A stretch of 64,000 bases of DNA from Desulfatiglandales bacterium (GCA_963667015.2 CAXXJJ010000001.1:1376001-1440000); one strand, 5' to 3'; counted from the first letter of the stretch, positions 9,245 through 20,545 are shown. Notes: generated from the letters alone by a model not told the origin. Numbers and translations: made by a program.

Positions 9245-11494
9245 ATGAAATCATTTATAACAATCGTATTGTCATTGTTTATAACCTGTCTGGTCTCCTG
9301 CCAGACAACCGGGATGAAATCAGTAAAAGAGATCTCTAATAAACCGGTCAGTGATAATTTATTATATGAACCCGGGGGTATGTGGATGCCGCAGCAGATT
9401 GCGAGCATCCATGCTGATACGCTGAAAAAGATGGGCCTGGAACTTGATCCCCGGGTATTTGCAGACCCACTGGAGTTTCCGCTCAATGCGATTGTTCATC
9501 TTGGTGGATGTTCCGGCTCCTTTGTTTCTCCGGAAGGACTGGTCATCACTAATTACCACTGTGCAAAAGGATACATGCAATACAATTCAACAGAAGGCAA
9601 TAACCTTTTACATACAGGTTTCAAGGCTGCCAGCCGCAAGGTGGAAGTGCCGGCCGGTCCTACTGCCCGAATCTATATCACAACCGCAGTTACTGATGTG
9701 ACCGAACGCGTACTGAAAGGCATAAAGGATATCGAGGATGACCTGGAAAGATACAACGCCATTGAGCAACGTGAAAAAGAACTGACCATGGAATTTGAAG
9801 CTGCTAATCCGCATTCCCGCTGTGATGTGGTCTCATTTTACGGAGGCGGAAAATTCTATGTCATAACACGAATGGAAATAAAAGATGTCCGTCTGGTGTA
9901 TTCACCGCACAGAGGCATTGGTGAATTCGGCGGTGATATAGACAACTGGATGTGGCCCCGTCATACTGGGGATTTTTCTTTTATCCGTGCTTATGTGGCA
10001 CCGGACGGCACACCCGCAGAATATTCTGAAGAAAATATTCCGTTTAAACCAAAGGCATTTTTGAAAATCGCGAAGGAAGGCTTTAAACCTGGAGACCTGG
10101 CCTTTGTCGTGGGCTACCCGGGCAGTACCGAACGCCTTACAACTGCTGTAGAAACAGAATTTGATGTAGACTGGAACATGCCCCGCCTAATCCAGCTGTA
10201 TCAAGATATCATTGATGCAATACATGAAACAGCAGGTGATGACGAGACTTTAAATATCAAGGCAGCCGGAATGCTGGCAGGTCTTGAGAATACCAAAAAA
10301 AATTTTATTGGTGTGCTGGAAGGTGCAAAGAAAAAGAATCTTGTAAAGGGTAAATTCGAAAATGAAAGGAAACTCCAGGCCTGGATTAATTCAGACAGGG
10401 ATCGAAAGATAAAATATGGTTCTGTAATTGATGAAATAAATACATTACTGGAGGAGCATTACAAATCCCGTGAGAAGGATTTGATGACCCGCCTGTTGGG
10501 CAGTATTTCACCGCTTAGCTCAGCAGTAAAAATTGTTCGAATGGCTGAAGAAAGGCCCAAACCTGATCTGGATCGCGATCCCGACTACCAGGAACGTAAC
10601 TGGCAGCGCCTGGAGCAAAGTGATATTCAACTGCAGCAGACCTACTCACGGGAACTAAGTACCTCGATACTGGAGCTGCTGTTGTCTGAAAGTGCAAGGC
10701 TGCCGGAGGACAAACGTCCTGAGATACTGACTTTCATATCTGCTGATGCTGATATTTCTGAATTGGAGATAAAAAACTATCTGAATGAGATGTTCAATAA
10801 AACCGATCTGGAGAATGCGAAGACAAGGACGCATCTTTTAAAAAATGCCACAACGGAAGAATTAAAGCAAAGCAGTGACAGGATCATACAGGTTGCACTA
10901 AAGCTCAGTCCGTTACTTGAAGACATTAAGGAACGCGGCAAACGACTATCCGGAGCACTTGTTCAACTTTATCCATCCTATTTTGAGGCATTAAATGAAT
11001 ATAATTCAGGCAACCTTGCACCTGATGCAAACAATACGATACGTATTTCCTTTGGAACAGTACGCGGGTTCAGGCCAACCCCGGAGGCAGAGGAGTATTA
11101 TCCCTTTACTAAAATATGGGAAATGATCGAGAAATGGGGAAAGAATAAGGGCAGTTTTCCCTTTGATGCACCAGATGCCATAATTGACGCAGTACAGGAG
11201 CGCAGATTTGAAGGCTATGTGCCCGATGATATCGGCGAGGTTCCGGTAGATGTGTTAACGGATCTGGATATCACCGGCGGCAATTCAGGTTCGGCAACAC
11301 TGAACAATAAGGGAGAATTTGCCGGGATAGCCTTTGATGGAAATATCGAAGGTGTTGCAAGCGACCTGGTATTTTTACCCGAACTCACACGGGCCATACA
11401 TGTTGACGTCCGTTATATCCTGTGGATACTGGATCAGGTTGAAAATATGGATTACCTGTTAGATGAAATGGGGGTTGAGGCAAAACATAATTAA
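9245..11494 (+). CDS. S46-family dipeptidyl peptidase, lipoprotein (DPP7-like)
   Basis: Lipobox LVSC, GGMW, TNYHC, DNWMWPRHTGDF, DITGGNSGS, FDGN (Gly at the S1 position as in DPP7). Confidence 0.93.
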   Translation: MKSFITIVLSLFITCLVSCQTTGMKSVKEISNKPVSDNLLYEPGGMWMPQQIASIHADTLKKMGLELDPRVFADPLEFPLNAIVHLGGCSGSFVSPEGLVITNYHCAKGYMQYNSTEGNNLLHTGFKAASRKVEVPAGPTARIYITTAVTDVTERVLKGIKDIEDDLERYNAIEQREKELTMEFEAANPHSRCDVVSFYGGGKFYVITRMEIKDVRLVYSPHRGIGEFGGDIDNWMWPRHTGDFSFIRAYVAPDGTPAEYSEENIPFKPKAFLKIAKEGFKPGDLAFVVGYPGSTERLTTAVETEFDVDWNMPRLIQLYQDIIDAIHETAGDDETLNIKAAGMLAGLENTKKNFIGVLEGAKKKNLVKGKFENERKLQAWINSDRDRKIKYGSVIDEINTLLEEHYKSREKDLMTRLLGSISPLSSAVKIVRMAEERPKPDLDRDPDYQERNWQRLEQSDIQLQQTYSRELSTSILELLLSESARLPEDKRPEILTFISADADISELEIKNYLNEMFNKTDLENAKTRTHLLKNATTEELKQSSDRIIQVALKLSPLLEDIKERGKRLSGALVQLYPSYFEALNEYNSGNLAPDANNTIRISFGTVRGFRPTPEAEEYYPFTKIWEMIEKWGKNKGSFPFDAPDAIIDAVQERRFEGYVPDDIGEVPVDVLTDLDITGGNSGSATLNNKGEFAGIAFDGNIEGVASDLVFLPELTRAIHVDVRYILWILDQVENMDYLLDEMGVEAKHN

Positions 11495-11568
11495 TTGCAT
11501 AATCATCCAATATTTTTGATTGATAGTGCATATTAACAAGCTGCCAATGATATTTCACAAATCTTGAA

Positions 11569-13017
11569 GTGAGGGTTATGATGGATCAGGTCAAACTGGA
11601 TGCAGGCATTATTTCGGGCCTAAGGACAGCTCATGATAACAAAGAGATAAATATCTTCAGGGGTATCCCATATGCGGCTCCGCCTGTAGGGGGTTTACGA
11701 TGGAAACCGCCGCAGCCGGCAGCATCATGGCCCGGTGTGCGCGAATGCACCAGGTTCAGTATTCAGCCTGCCCAGTATCCTGACATACATGCATCAGGTA
11801 AAATGCAGGCCGTACCATCGAGTGAAGACTGTCTTTATCTTAATGTTATGACACCTGCAAAAATGCCCGGGGACAGGCTGCCTGTAATGGTCTGGTTTCA
11901 TGGTGGCGGTACGCGATATGGAAACGGCAATGTCCCTATCAGTAACAGCCCCGGACTTCCTGCTCATGATGTTATACTGGTTACTGTCAATACCCGTCTG
12001 GGGATATTCGGTTTATTCTCTCACCCCTTAATTTCCGAAGAATCTCCCCATAAAGCCTCAGGCAATTATCTCTTTCTGGACATGGTTGCTTCACTTGAGT
12101 GGGTCAAAAGGAATATAGCTGCATTTGGCGGGGACCCTGATAATGTGACCATATTCGGTCAGTCCGGCGGTGGTTTGAAGGTAGCGGCCCTGCTCGCTTC
12201 ACCCCTGGCCAGAGGGCTTTTTCACGGGGCGATCATCCAGAGCGGCGGGAAATATTTTGATCCGACAAAACAAAAAGATCTGGAAAAATACGGTGACAAT
12301 TTTTTTGAAAAACTGGGTGTCCATAAAAAGCAGGACCCTCTTGCAGAGGCACGTGCAATACCCTGGGAGAAGATTGCTGATGTTGAACAGGTGTTAAACG
12401 ATGAACTGGGTCCGGAGTTTGTATTCATGGGACCCTGGAGCCTTGTAGAGGACGGATGGTTTATGCCGGATTCAATATTCAATTTATTCAGAAACGGCAA
12501 ACGGAATCAGGTCTCCTACCTTGTGACAGCCGACATGGGAGAACTGACAGGCCCCGGCCTTGTTATTGCCGATACCATGATCGGAGATTACCTGAATATG
12601 CTTGAGGCATCAGCCAACCCAAAGGCAAGAGGATATGCTGCGGTATTTGACCGGGTACCTGACAACTGGCGTCAGGAAGGCTGCGTGGCTGCCCATGGCA
12701 TGGAACTGCACTACATGTTTGGTTCTCTGGATGTTACAGAAGCCTGGGAAGCCCATTATGAGGGTTTTACCTTCTCCGGTGCAAAATCACCCCTTCCGGT
12801 CATCACAGATGTTGATAGAAAAATTTCGGAAGCCATGTTAAATATCTGGACTCAATTTGCCAGAACAGGAAACCCGAGTGTAGGCGGGCTGATAGAATGG
12901 CCGGCATGGGATAAGGATAGTGACAGGTACCTGAGCATTACAGAGAAACTGGAGATAAAGTCCGGATTTTCTGACTTTACAAAGATAGAACCCATAAAGG
13001 GTGACATAATTTTATAA
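11569..13017 (+). CDS. Type B carboxylesterase (PnbA-like)
   Basis: GIPYAAPP, SEDCLYLN, FGGDPDNVTIFGQSGG, HGMEL. Confidence 0.92.
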   Translation: MRVMMDQVKLDAGIISGLRTAHDNKEINIFRGIPYAAPPVGGLRWKPPQPAASWPGVRECTRFSIQPAQYPDIHASGKMQAVPSSEDCLYLNVMTPAKMPGDRLPVMVWFHGGGTRYGNGNVPISNSPGLPAHDVILVTVNTRLGIFGLFSHPLISEESPHKASGNYLFLDMVASLEWVKRNIAAFGGDPDNVTIFGQSGGGLKVAALLASPLARGLFHGAIIQSGGKYFDPTKQKDLEKYGDNFFEKLGVHKKQDPLAEARAIPWEKIADVEQVLNDELGPEFVFMGPWSLVEDGWFMPDSIFNLFRNGKRNQVSYLVTADMGELTGPGLVIADTMIGDYLNMLEASANPKARGYAAVFDRVPDNWRQEGCVAAHGMELHYMFGSLDVTEAWEAHYEGFTFSGAKSPLPVITDVDRKISEAMLNIWTQFARTGNPSVGGLIEWPAWDKDSDRYLSITEKLEIKSGFSDFTKIEPIKGDIIL

Positions 13018-13075
13018 ACTCTCTGGGGCTGGTAAAATTTTTTTAATTATACAGTATAGATTATTAACAGGGTAT

Positions 13076-14461
13076 TTAAGATAAAGTAATCTTTAATATA
13101 TTTTTTGTGTTTGAGGTTACCTTGTAGCGGTTATCAATCCTGTGTCCGCATACCCAGACTGTTTCATCATCTTTCACCAGGATTGGTGTTTGTTTCCTGA
13201 TTGCAGGCGGGATTTTTTGATCAATGAAAAAGTCCTTTATCTTTTTTTTGCCTGTCATTCCAAGGGGCACAAATCTGTCACCCGGTCTGGAATTTCTTAT
13301 GATGAGAGGGCAGGGGAGTAAATCCTTATCAAGAAAAGCTGTATCTGCATCACTTGTTATTAAAGTCTGCTGTTCACCGGTGAAATCCTCTATCGTAAGC
13401 GTCCTGCCAATTTCGTGAATATAGTACTCTCCCTTCTCTCTTATTTCATAGAAAAAACCATCAGGTGCAGTCTTCTGAGAAGTGAATATCAGCCTGCTGT
13501 ATTCCTTCCTTACAACCAGGTCGCCTGGCAGATCAATAGGGATATTCGGCTTTTCATTTGCGGTAAGGTCGATTATTGCCTCAACATGATCGGAATCAAT
13601 GGCATACAGGGTTTTGTTATATCTCTTTACAATATTCCTGATTATTCTTCTTACGAATGCAGAGGGCAATTCATTCAGTAAAGGGATATCAATATAATGA
13701 GCTCCCGATTCAACCTGTTTAATATTTTCGTCTACCCATCTGTCAGTCTGGCTCTCAAAGAAACTGTTTTCATCTCTGAGGTTATCAGACAGCCTGCCCA
13801 GAATCTCAACCAAGCCGGGCTGATATTTCAGCAGCTCCGGCAGCAGCTCCAGTCTTATTTTATTTCTGAGAAACCTGTTATCATTGTTAGAGCTGTCTGT
13901 AGCATATTCGAGATTTCTATGTTCCAGGTAAGCAATAATATCTTCTCTGCCGATCTCTATCAGAGGCCTGATAATTGTATTATCCCTTACCGGCGGTATG
14001 CCTGACAGCCCTGTCATACCGCTTCCCCTTAACAGCCGCATTAAAACTGTTTCTGCCTGGTCATTAAGATTATGTCCCATAGCAATTTTATGGGCTTTGA
14101 ACTTCTGTTTGGTTCGTTCAAGGAAATCATATCTGAGTTCCCTGGCCTTTTCTTCAAGAGAGGATGAAAAGGGGCTGAGTCCAAAGGCCTTTTCAGTTTC
14201 AAAGGGCAGGCCCCGAGAGTCGGCATACCCCCTGACAAGATCTGTCTCACGGTCATCTTCTCCAGGTCGCAGGCCGTGTTCATAATGGGCTATTACAAGA
14301 TCTATATCCATTTCTGCTGATAAATCTGCCAGTACATCCATAAGGCATATGGAGTCGGGACCCCCTGAAACAGCCACGATGATTCTTTCTCCTGCCTTGA
14401 TCATATTGTATTTCAGGATGCTGTCTATTACTGTTTTTATTATCTGTTTTTTTGCAGGCAT
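13076..14461 (-). CDS. tilS: tRNA(Ile)-lysidine synthetase
   Basis: AVSGGPDS, ARELRY, HNLNDQAET, RPL, C-terminal TilS_C domain. Confidence 0.96.
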   Translation of the reverse strand: MPAKKQIIKTVIDSILKYNMIKAGERIIVAVSGGPDSICLMDVLADLSAEMDIDLVIAHYEHGLRPGEDDRETDLVRGYADSRGLPFETEKAFGLSPFSSSLEEKARELRYDFLERTKQKFKAHKIAMGHNLNDQAETVLMRLLRGSGMTGLSGIPPVRDNTIIRPLIEIGREDIIAYLEHRNLEYATDSSNNDNRFLRNKIRLELLPELLKYQPGLVEILGRLSDNLRDENSFFESQTDRWVDENIKQVESGAHYIDIPLLNELPSAFVRRIIRNIVKRYNKTLYAIDSDHVEAIIDLTANEKPNIPIDLPGDLVVRKEYSRLIFTSQKTAPDGFFYEIREKGEYYIHEIGRTLTIEDFTGEQQTLITSDADTAFLDKDLLPCPLIIRNSRPGDRFVPLGMTGKKKIKDFFIDQKIPPAIRKQTPILVKDDETVWVCGHRIDNRYKVTSNTKNILKITLS

Positions 14462-14509
14462 TTAGAGGCTTTCCACTGCCAAAATATTTTTCAAATATTG
14501 CGGCTTACC

Positions 14510-14532
14510 CGGCTTCGCTTCCAGCTATGCCG
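14510..14532 (-). repeat. REP-like palindrome (GGC-ATAGCT..AGCGAA-GCC type)
   Basis: Reverse complement CGGCATAGCTGGAAGCGAAGCCG; same core as 24314-24347. Confidence 0.45.
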
Positions 14533-14535
14533 CGG

Positions 14536-14587
14536 TCACACAGCTGTTTATCCCTGTTGCTTGCTACAGGGATAAACAGCTGTGTGA
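14536..14587. repeat. 22-bp perfect inverted repeat between ihfA and tilS
   Basis: TCACACAGCTGTTTATCCCTGT-(8 nt)-ACAGGGATAAACAGCTGTGTGA. Confidence 0.85.
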
Positions 14588-14670
14588 ATAAAAAGCCTCG
14601 AAGCCCTGGCAAAGTATCAATTTGTTTGCTTAAGCTGCGAGGCAGGATACAGAAGATATTTAAGAGAGAT

Positions 14671-14949
14671 CTAGCCGTTAAACTTATCCCTTAAAACCGA
14701 AGAACAGTTAAATGTAACAACCTTCCTTTTATCAAGGATCAGATCATCGCCCGTAGCAGGATTTCTGCCTCTGCGCTCTCTTTTTTCTTTCACACTGAAT
14801 TTCCCAAAACCTGATATGAGTACATCTTCGCCATTCGCAAGATTTTTTTTCATGATTTCTAAGAGGTTTTCAAGCATCTGAACGGATTTTTTTCTGTTAA
14901 AGCCAATTTTAAGTAGATCTTCCACAATATCTGTTTTTGTTAGTGACAT
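14671..14949 (-). CDS. ihfA: Integration host factor subunit alpha
   Basis: LTKTDI...ISGFGKF...RRGRNPATG...VVTF. Confidence 0.85.
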   Translation of the reverse strand: MSLTKTDIVEDLLKIGFNRKKSVQMLENLLEIMKKNLANGEDVLISGFGKFSVKEKRERRGRNPATGDDLILDKRKVVTFNCSSVLRDKFNG

Positions 14950-15131
14950 CGCTTCTCCTGAAATTCGAACTGTTATTACATCCTGTATTTTATTGTACTA
15001 TGTTCTTTACTGTTATGGTATTATTGTGATATCTCTGTTAACATATTGCTTTTATGATGTAAATAGTACTTTTTCATTAATATGAAAATGCCTCAAGAAA
15101 ATAGTTGAACCTTATATAAACAGGATAGATT

Positions 15132-15500
15132 ATGGAATCTGAAAATAGAAAATTTACAAGGTTTTATTATAGGATGAGGTCCGAGTTTTCTGTAAACAAC
15201 TATATGTATGAGATTGATGAGCTCATTAATCTAAGCGTAGGGGGATGTCTTCTGCCGGTTGCCGTTGATGCAGAATCGGGCGATGAATGTTCTTTAAAGA
15301 TACTGCTCGGGGATACTGAAGAGGCACCCGTTGTATCAGTAGGGGGCAGGATTACACGGATTAACGATGATACAACCGCTGTAAGTTTTATAAAAATTGA
15401 TCCCGAAAGCCTGGAACATTTGCACAAGATCTCTCAATATAACTCGCCTGATCCTGAAAAGACTGAGAAAGAGATAAAAGAGCATCCCGGATTATTTTAA
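15132..15500 (+). CDS. PilZ domain protein
   Basis: RKFTR (RxxxR) and NLSVGG (NxSxxG). Confidence 0.85.
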   Translation: MESENRKFTRFYYRMRSEFSVNNYMYEIDELINLSVGGCLLPVAVDAESGDECSLKILLGDTEEAPVVSVGGRITRINDDTTAVSFIKIDPESLEHLHKISQYNSPDPEKTEKEIKEHPGLF

Positions 15501-15611
15501 GGGTATGATCTGTTCCTGATGAATTTTTCTACAGTATTGCATCCTCATAAAAGCATTATCTAGAATATATCTAACATATCACACAGTGGTATTATATGGA
15601 GCATTACAACC

Positions 15612-16253
15612 ATGATTGCTATTATTGATTATAAAGCGGGTAATCTGACAAGTGTAAAACGGGCGCTTGATTCCATTGGTCAGGACTCTGTAATAACTTC
15701 TGACTGCAGGCAGATTTTAGACGCCGACAGGATCATTTTCCCCGGAGTAGGGGCGGCAGGAAAGGCCACCAGTGACCTCAGGGCAGGAGGGCTTGATACA
15801 GCATTAAAAGAGGCCTTTGAAGCAGGTAAACCGATTCTCGGGATCTGTCTGGGCACGCAGATTATCCTGGAAGCAAGCCAGGAGAATAATGCACAGTGCA
15901 TAGGGCTTATAAAGGGGCAGGTAATTAAATTCCCTGATGATCTCCAGGACATTGACGGAAGAAAGCTTAAGGTTCCGCACATGGGATGGAACCGCGTTGA
16001 GCTGAAGGCATCATCTCATCCTTTATTTGAAGGCGTTGCTCCTGACAGTGAATTTTATTTTGTTCATTCATATTATCCGTCACCTGAATCCGGTGACAGG
16101 ATTCTGGGTGAGACATCATACGGCATAACCTTTGCGTCGGTAATAGCATCAGGCAATCTTGTGGCCATGCAGTTCCACCCGGAAAAAAGCGGGAAACCGG
16201 GTCTTAGAATATTAAAAAACTTCTGTAACTGGAGCGGAAAAACCAATGCTTAG
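15612..16253 (+). CDS. hisH: Imidazole glycerol phosphate synthase, glutaminase subunit
   Basis: [36 protein letters not shown]. Confidence 0.96.
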   Translation: MIAIIDYKAGNLTSVKRALDSIGQDSVITSDCRQILDADRIIFPGVGAAGKATSDLRAGGLDTALKEAFEAGKPILGICLGTQIILEASQENNAQCIGLIKGQVIKFPDDLQDIDGRKLKVPHMGWNRVELKASSHPLFEGVAPDSEFYFVHSYYPSPESGDRILGETSYGITFASVIASGNLVAMQFHPEKSGKPGLRILKNFCNWSGKTNA

Positions 16254-17025
16254 TAAAAGAATAATTCCCTGCCTCGATGTGCGGGACGGCAGACTCACCA
16301 AGGGCATCAAATTCAAGGGGAATGTAGATATAGGAGATCCTGTTGAAACAGCCTATCAGTATTATCTTGAGGGCGCTGATGAAATAGTCTTTTACGATAT
16401 CACTGCCTCAAGTGAACGGCGTGACATTATGATAGAGACCGTTAGAAAAGTAGCTGAGAAGATATTTATCCCCTTTTCAGTTGGCGGCGGTATAAAAACA
16501 GTTGAAGATATGCGCCGGGTACTCCTGGCTGGGGCCGAGAAGATAAGCGTGAATTCGGCAGCAGTACAGAATCCTGAAATTATTTCACAGGGTGCCGAGG
16601 CCTTTGGGTGTCAGTGTGTTGTCCTTGGTATGGATGTGAAGAAGGTGCCAGTTTCCGATAAGATTCCGAGCGGGTACGAGATTGTCATAAACGGCGGAAG
16701 AAAATACATGGGTCTGGATGCACTGGAATGGGCAAAAAGGGGCGAAAGCTTAGGTGCAGGAGAGATCTGCCTCAACTCCATTGATGCTGACGGAACAAAA
16801 GAAGGATATGAACTGGAATTGAACAGGCTGATATCTTTAAATGTAAATATCCCTGTAATTGCGTCAGGAGGCGCAGGAACTCCCGAACACCTGTTCCAGG
16901 TGCTGGATGAAGACAGGGCCGATGCGGCGCTTATTGCCTCCATGACCCATTATGGTGAATATACCATAAAAGAGATAAAAGATTACCTGAACAACAAAGG
17001 GATAAAAGTGCGGATGAACTGGTAA
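16246..17025 (+). CDS. hisF: Imidazole glycerol phosphate synthase, cyclase subunit
   Basis: [31 protein letters not shown]. Confidence 0.97.
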   Translation: MLSKRIIPCLDVRDGRLTKGIKFKGNVDIGDPVETAYQYYLEGADEIVFYDITASSERRDIMIETVRKVAEKIFIPFSVGGGIKTVEDMRRVLLAGAEKISVNSAAVQNPEIISQGAEAFGCQCVVLGMDVKKVPVSDKIPSGYEIVINGGRKYMGLDALEWAKRGESLGAGEICLNSIDADGTKEGYELELNRLISLNVNIPVIASGGAGTPEHLFQVLDEDRADAALIASMTHYGEYTIKEIKDYLNNKGIKVRMNW

Positions 17026-17208
17026 ATAAATTATTAGTTGAATTGACCTTTTTTTATCGTGAGTTGAAATTATTTGCATCTTTTAAGTGAATATGGTATA
17101 AATGATAAATTTTTTTAAATAGATTATTCTGTTTACCGGAATTTAGATTTAACTCTGGGTCCAATCTCAATTAATCCCATTATCGGATATCTGTCAGGGG
17201 AGGAATCG

Positions 17209-17574
17209 ATGGCCAAGATATTAATAGTTGATGATGAAGAACATATCCGTTTTCTTTATTCTGAAGAACTGGCTGAAGCCGGGTATGAGATAATAACTGC
17301 GGATAGCGGATACAAGCTGTTAGAGAAGATTGAAGAGGAAAAGCCCGATCTTGTTGTACTGGATATAAAGATGGTGGATTACAATGGACTTGATCTGCTG
17401 CAGGATATACGCAATAAATTTTATGAACTTCCTGTTGTACTCTGCACTGCATATGATACGTTCAAGGAAGACATGAAATCCATTGCTGCAGATTTCTATG
17501 TAATTAAATCATTTGATTTAACTGAATTAAAAAACAAGATTAAAATAGCTCTGGAAGCAAGCTCAAACCGTTGA
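17209..17574 (+). CDS. Single-domain response regulator (receiver)
   Basis: ILIVDDE, PDLVVLDIKM, TA, K. Confidence 0.92.
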   Translation: MAKILIVDDEEHIRFLYSEELAEAGYEIITADSGYKLLEKIEEEKPDLVVLDIKMVDYNGLDLLQDIRNKFYELPVVLCTAYDTFKEDMKSIAADFYVIKSFDLTELKNKIKIALEASSNR

Positions 17575-17587
17575 TTTCTGCCGGGGT

Positions 17588-18061
17588 CTATTTGTGGTAT
17601 TTGTGCCCCTCAAGAATGGTAAATGCCCTGTAAATCTGTTCGGTAAGTATGAGCCTGGCCATTTCATGGGTCAGGGTCATCTTTGATATTGACATAATCT
17701 GGTCGGCCCTTTTCAGGACATCCTTTGACAGTCCAAGAGGGCCGCCTATTACAAAACATACCTGCCCTTTATTTTCAATAGACAGTTTTTTAAACATGGA
17801 AGCAAACCCTTCCGAACTGTATTGCCTTCCGGTTCTGTCGAGTGCAATCATGTAATCACCGGGCTCTGTTTTTGCCAGAATGTTCTCGCCCTCTTTTTTT
17901 ATGACCTCTTCATCCGGGGTGCTCCTGGTAATCCTTACTGCTTTGACTTCTGTCCATTTGCAGCTTACGAATCTTTTTAGGCGTTTAAGGTATTCTTCCT
18001 CACCCTCCCTTACAAATGACGCCCTTGTCCGATCCACCACAATAAAATTGAGTTTAAGCAT
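17588..18061 (-). CDS. rlmH: 23S rRNA pseudouridine(1915) N3-methyltransferase
   Basis: FVIGGPLG, MTLTHEMARLILTEQIYRA, YHK. Confidence 0.96.
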   Translation of the reverse strand: MLKLNFIVVDRTRASFVREGEEEYLKRLKRFVSCKWTEVKAVRITRSTPDEEVIKKEGENILAKTEPGDYMIALDRTGRQYSSEGFASMFKKLSIENKGQVCFVIGGPLGLSKDVLKRADQIMSISKMTLTHEMARLILTEQIYRAFTILEGHKYHK

Positions 18062-18527
18062 TGCCTTCCTTTTTTTTCAGGAGAGCTTTAAAAAGTTTTG
18101 ATACGGCAAGTCCTATCTGGGACTGGACAAGCCTGTAATGATAGGGTGATCGTCCGTAGGGATCTATAATTTCATCATCAGGCTGATCCGCGGCTATGTA
18201 TTTCCCGAGCATCTCAATTTTGTGCTCGGATTCGGGCCAGTATCTTACTATATAATTTAAATGATGTTGTTCCATTACGAGGATAAGATCTGCCCAGTCG
18301 ACATCTTTCTCTGAAATCATTCGGGAGGAATGCTCTACCTCAGGGATTTTCTTTTCCCTGAGGAAGCGTATCATTTCCGGATCGGCAGGCGTGCCAGGAT
18401 AGGCTCCTGTACCAGCCGAGGAAACAGTGATGCCCTCTGTCTGATTTACGTTTATCTCATTCAATAAGAGGGCCCTGGCCAGAAAACTGCGGCTTATATT
18501 GCCGGTACAAACAAAAAGAATATTCAT
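18054..18527 (-). CDS. Low-molecular-weight protein tyrosine/arginine phosphatase
   Basis: VCTGNISRS P-loop, SAG, DPY. Confidence 0.9.
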   Translation of the reverse strand: MNILFVCTGNISRSFLARALLLNEINVNQTEGITVSSAGTGAYPGTPADPEMIRFLREKKIPEVEHSSRMISEKDVDWADLILVMEQHHLNYIVRYWPESEHKIEMLGKYIAADQPDDEIIDPYGRSPYHYRLVQSQIGLAVSKLFKALLKKKEGNA

Positions 18528-20030
18528 TTATCTCTTTTCCAGATCAAGGATGTTGGCGATTTCAGTACTCATTTTATCGACAAAGTCTTCCATATCCTTC
18601 CCTTTAAGAGGGTTGCCTGGAGCGGGGTATTTTTCAAGAGTATCCGGTTTTACAAGCTGAGGGAAATTCTTCAGATCCTGTATGGGAGTCACATTGAATT
18701 CAGGTTCAAATGAATCGTTAAAATATTTTTCCTGGAAGCCTAAAAATTTGAGCATATGGGCTGTTGAGTCGAGAACACCTGTTTCATCGGGTTTTACGAT
18801 TCCCTGTTCTACAGCCCGTTTCATTCCTGCCATTGACTCACCGCCCTGGGTGCACACAACATTCCCGTTTCTATTGGCAAGTATCATGGAGTCCATTATC
18901 TCCTGCTCGGTAACCTGAACTACAAACACCTTTTTTTCAGGTGCGGTATTATTATATTCACCGGCTACTTCTATAACCCTCGGCATTGAAACAGGATTAC
19001 CTATCATGGCGGCCTGGGCAACGCTTGCCTTTACATTGACAGGCTTAAAGACCCTCTTATCCGGATTGCCTTCAAGGTAGTATCTGTAAACGGGATCCGC
19101 ATGTTCCGACTGAACACCGATTATCTTGGGGAGGCTTTTTATTATGCCTGCTTTATAAAATTTAAGAAATCCGCTCATCACTGCGGTAATATTGCCAGCA
19201 TTTCCGATCGGGAGGACAATCACCTTATCTCCCACTTCATAATCAAAGTCCTGTGCTATCTCATATGAGTAGGACTCCTGGCCCAGAATCCTCCAACTGT
19301 TTTTTGAGTTGAGCAGTGCAACATGATAGTTTTCTGCAAGAGCTTCGACAACCTTCATGCAGTCATCAAAGACACCGGGAATCTCTATTACCCTGGCCCC
19401 GGCGCCAAGGGGCTGTGCAAGCTGCTGCGGGGTTACTTTGCCCTGCGGCAGGAGCACGGCTGACTTAAGGAAATCCTCAAGATAACTCGCATAGAGAGCT
19501 GCAGCAGCAGAGGTGTCACCGGTTGAGGCACAGATGGCAAGTATTTTGTCGATATTGTTTTTTGAGGCAAAATAATTGATAAAGCTCAGGGCACAGGCCA
19601 TTCCCCTGTCCTTGAAGGATGCACTGGGATTGAGCCCGTCGTCCTTAAAATAGAAATTCCCGCCCACAATATCCCTGAGCCTGTTGTTTGCTTTTACAAC
19701 CGGGGTATGGCCTTCTCCCAGATACACTATCTGATCGAGAGGTATAATCGGTGCAATGAATTCATAGTATCTGAAAATCCCCTTCAGAGGCTGATCATTT
19801 ATCATGCATCTGTAGTCAAATATTTTTTTCCAAAGATCGCCGCTTATACCACTGTACCGGTCAAAAGTGGTGTCCTCAAGCAGCAGGACTGTGCCGCATT
19901 CAGGGCATGTATATAATATCTCATTTATTTCAAAATGATTTCCGCACCCCAGGCATCGATAGGACATGCTCCCGTTTGCCTCCGGGATAATAAACGGTTG
20001 TATATCTTCTGGTAACTGGCTTATTTTCAT
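18528..20030 (-). CDS. thrC: Threonine synthase
   Basis: LGEGHTP, NPSASFKDRG, ASTGDTS, PIGNAGN; start moved to MKISQ at 20030. Confidence 0.93.
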   Translation of the reverse strand: MKISQLPEDIQPFIIPEANGSMSYRCLGCGNHFEINEILYTCPECGTVLLLEDTTFDRYSGISGDLWKKIFDYRCMINDQPLKGIFRYYEFIAPIIPLDQIVYLGEGHTPVVKANNRLRDIVGGNFYFKDDGLNPSASFKDRGMACALSFINYFASKNNIDKILAICASTGDTSAAAALYASYLEDFLKSAVLLPQGKVTPQQLAQPLGAGARVIEIPGVFDDCMKVVEALAENYHVALLNSKNSWRILGQESYSYEIAQDFDYEVGDKVIVLPIGNAGNITAVMSGFLKFYKAGIIKSLPKIIGVQSEHADPVYRYYLEGNPDKRVFKPVNVKASVAQAAMIGNPVSMPRVIEVAGEYNNTAPEKKVFVVQVTEQEIMDSMILANRNGNVVCTQGGESMAGMKRAVEQGIVKPDETGVLDSTAHMLKFLGFQEKYFNDSFEPEFNVTPIQDLKNFPQLVKPDTLEKYPAPGNPLKGKDMEDFVDKMSTEIANILDLEKR

Positions 20031-20142
20031 TATATAATCCTTTAATTTAAGTTTCCCGGTTATAATAGCTGAAAGGTACATTGAATACAAGAGGTTGCTC
20101 AATAATACCTCCTTAATGTTTATGAATAGGCACTATTTAAGA

Positions 20143-20545
20143 ATGCAGGATAAAATTACAAAAGGAACAGTAATAAGATACATATTATACCAGTTGCCGG
20201 AACTGGCAGTGCTGATAGTTGCCCTGTTTCTGATAAAGCAATGGATAAAAGTTTCCGATTTAATTTTATATGGAATTATATCCGCCTGGATAATAAAAGA
20301 TGTAATATTATTTTTTTATACATGGAAGGCTTATATTCCGGAAAAAAAGGATATAATGATCGGGAAACAGGGTATTGCACTGGAAAGAATTATCGATTCA
20401 GGGTATATAAAAATAAACGGAGAACAATGGAGTGCCCTGAACCGGAGTAGCGTTCCCCTTGAAAAGGGGGTCGGAAATTTTAGTTGTTGAAAGGAAAGGC
20501 CTTACACTTTACGTAATGCCTTCAGGACTGAAGAATGCAGAATGA
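20143..20545 (+). pseudogene. NfeD-like membrane protein with +1 frameshift in a G5 run
   Basis: Two TM helices, then MIGKQG...GYIKINGEQWSA...LEKG. Removing one G at 20466-20470 restores SEILVVERKGLTLYVMPSGLKNAE* (NfeD OB-fold end). Confidence 0.75.
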
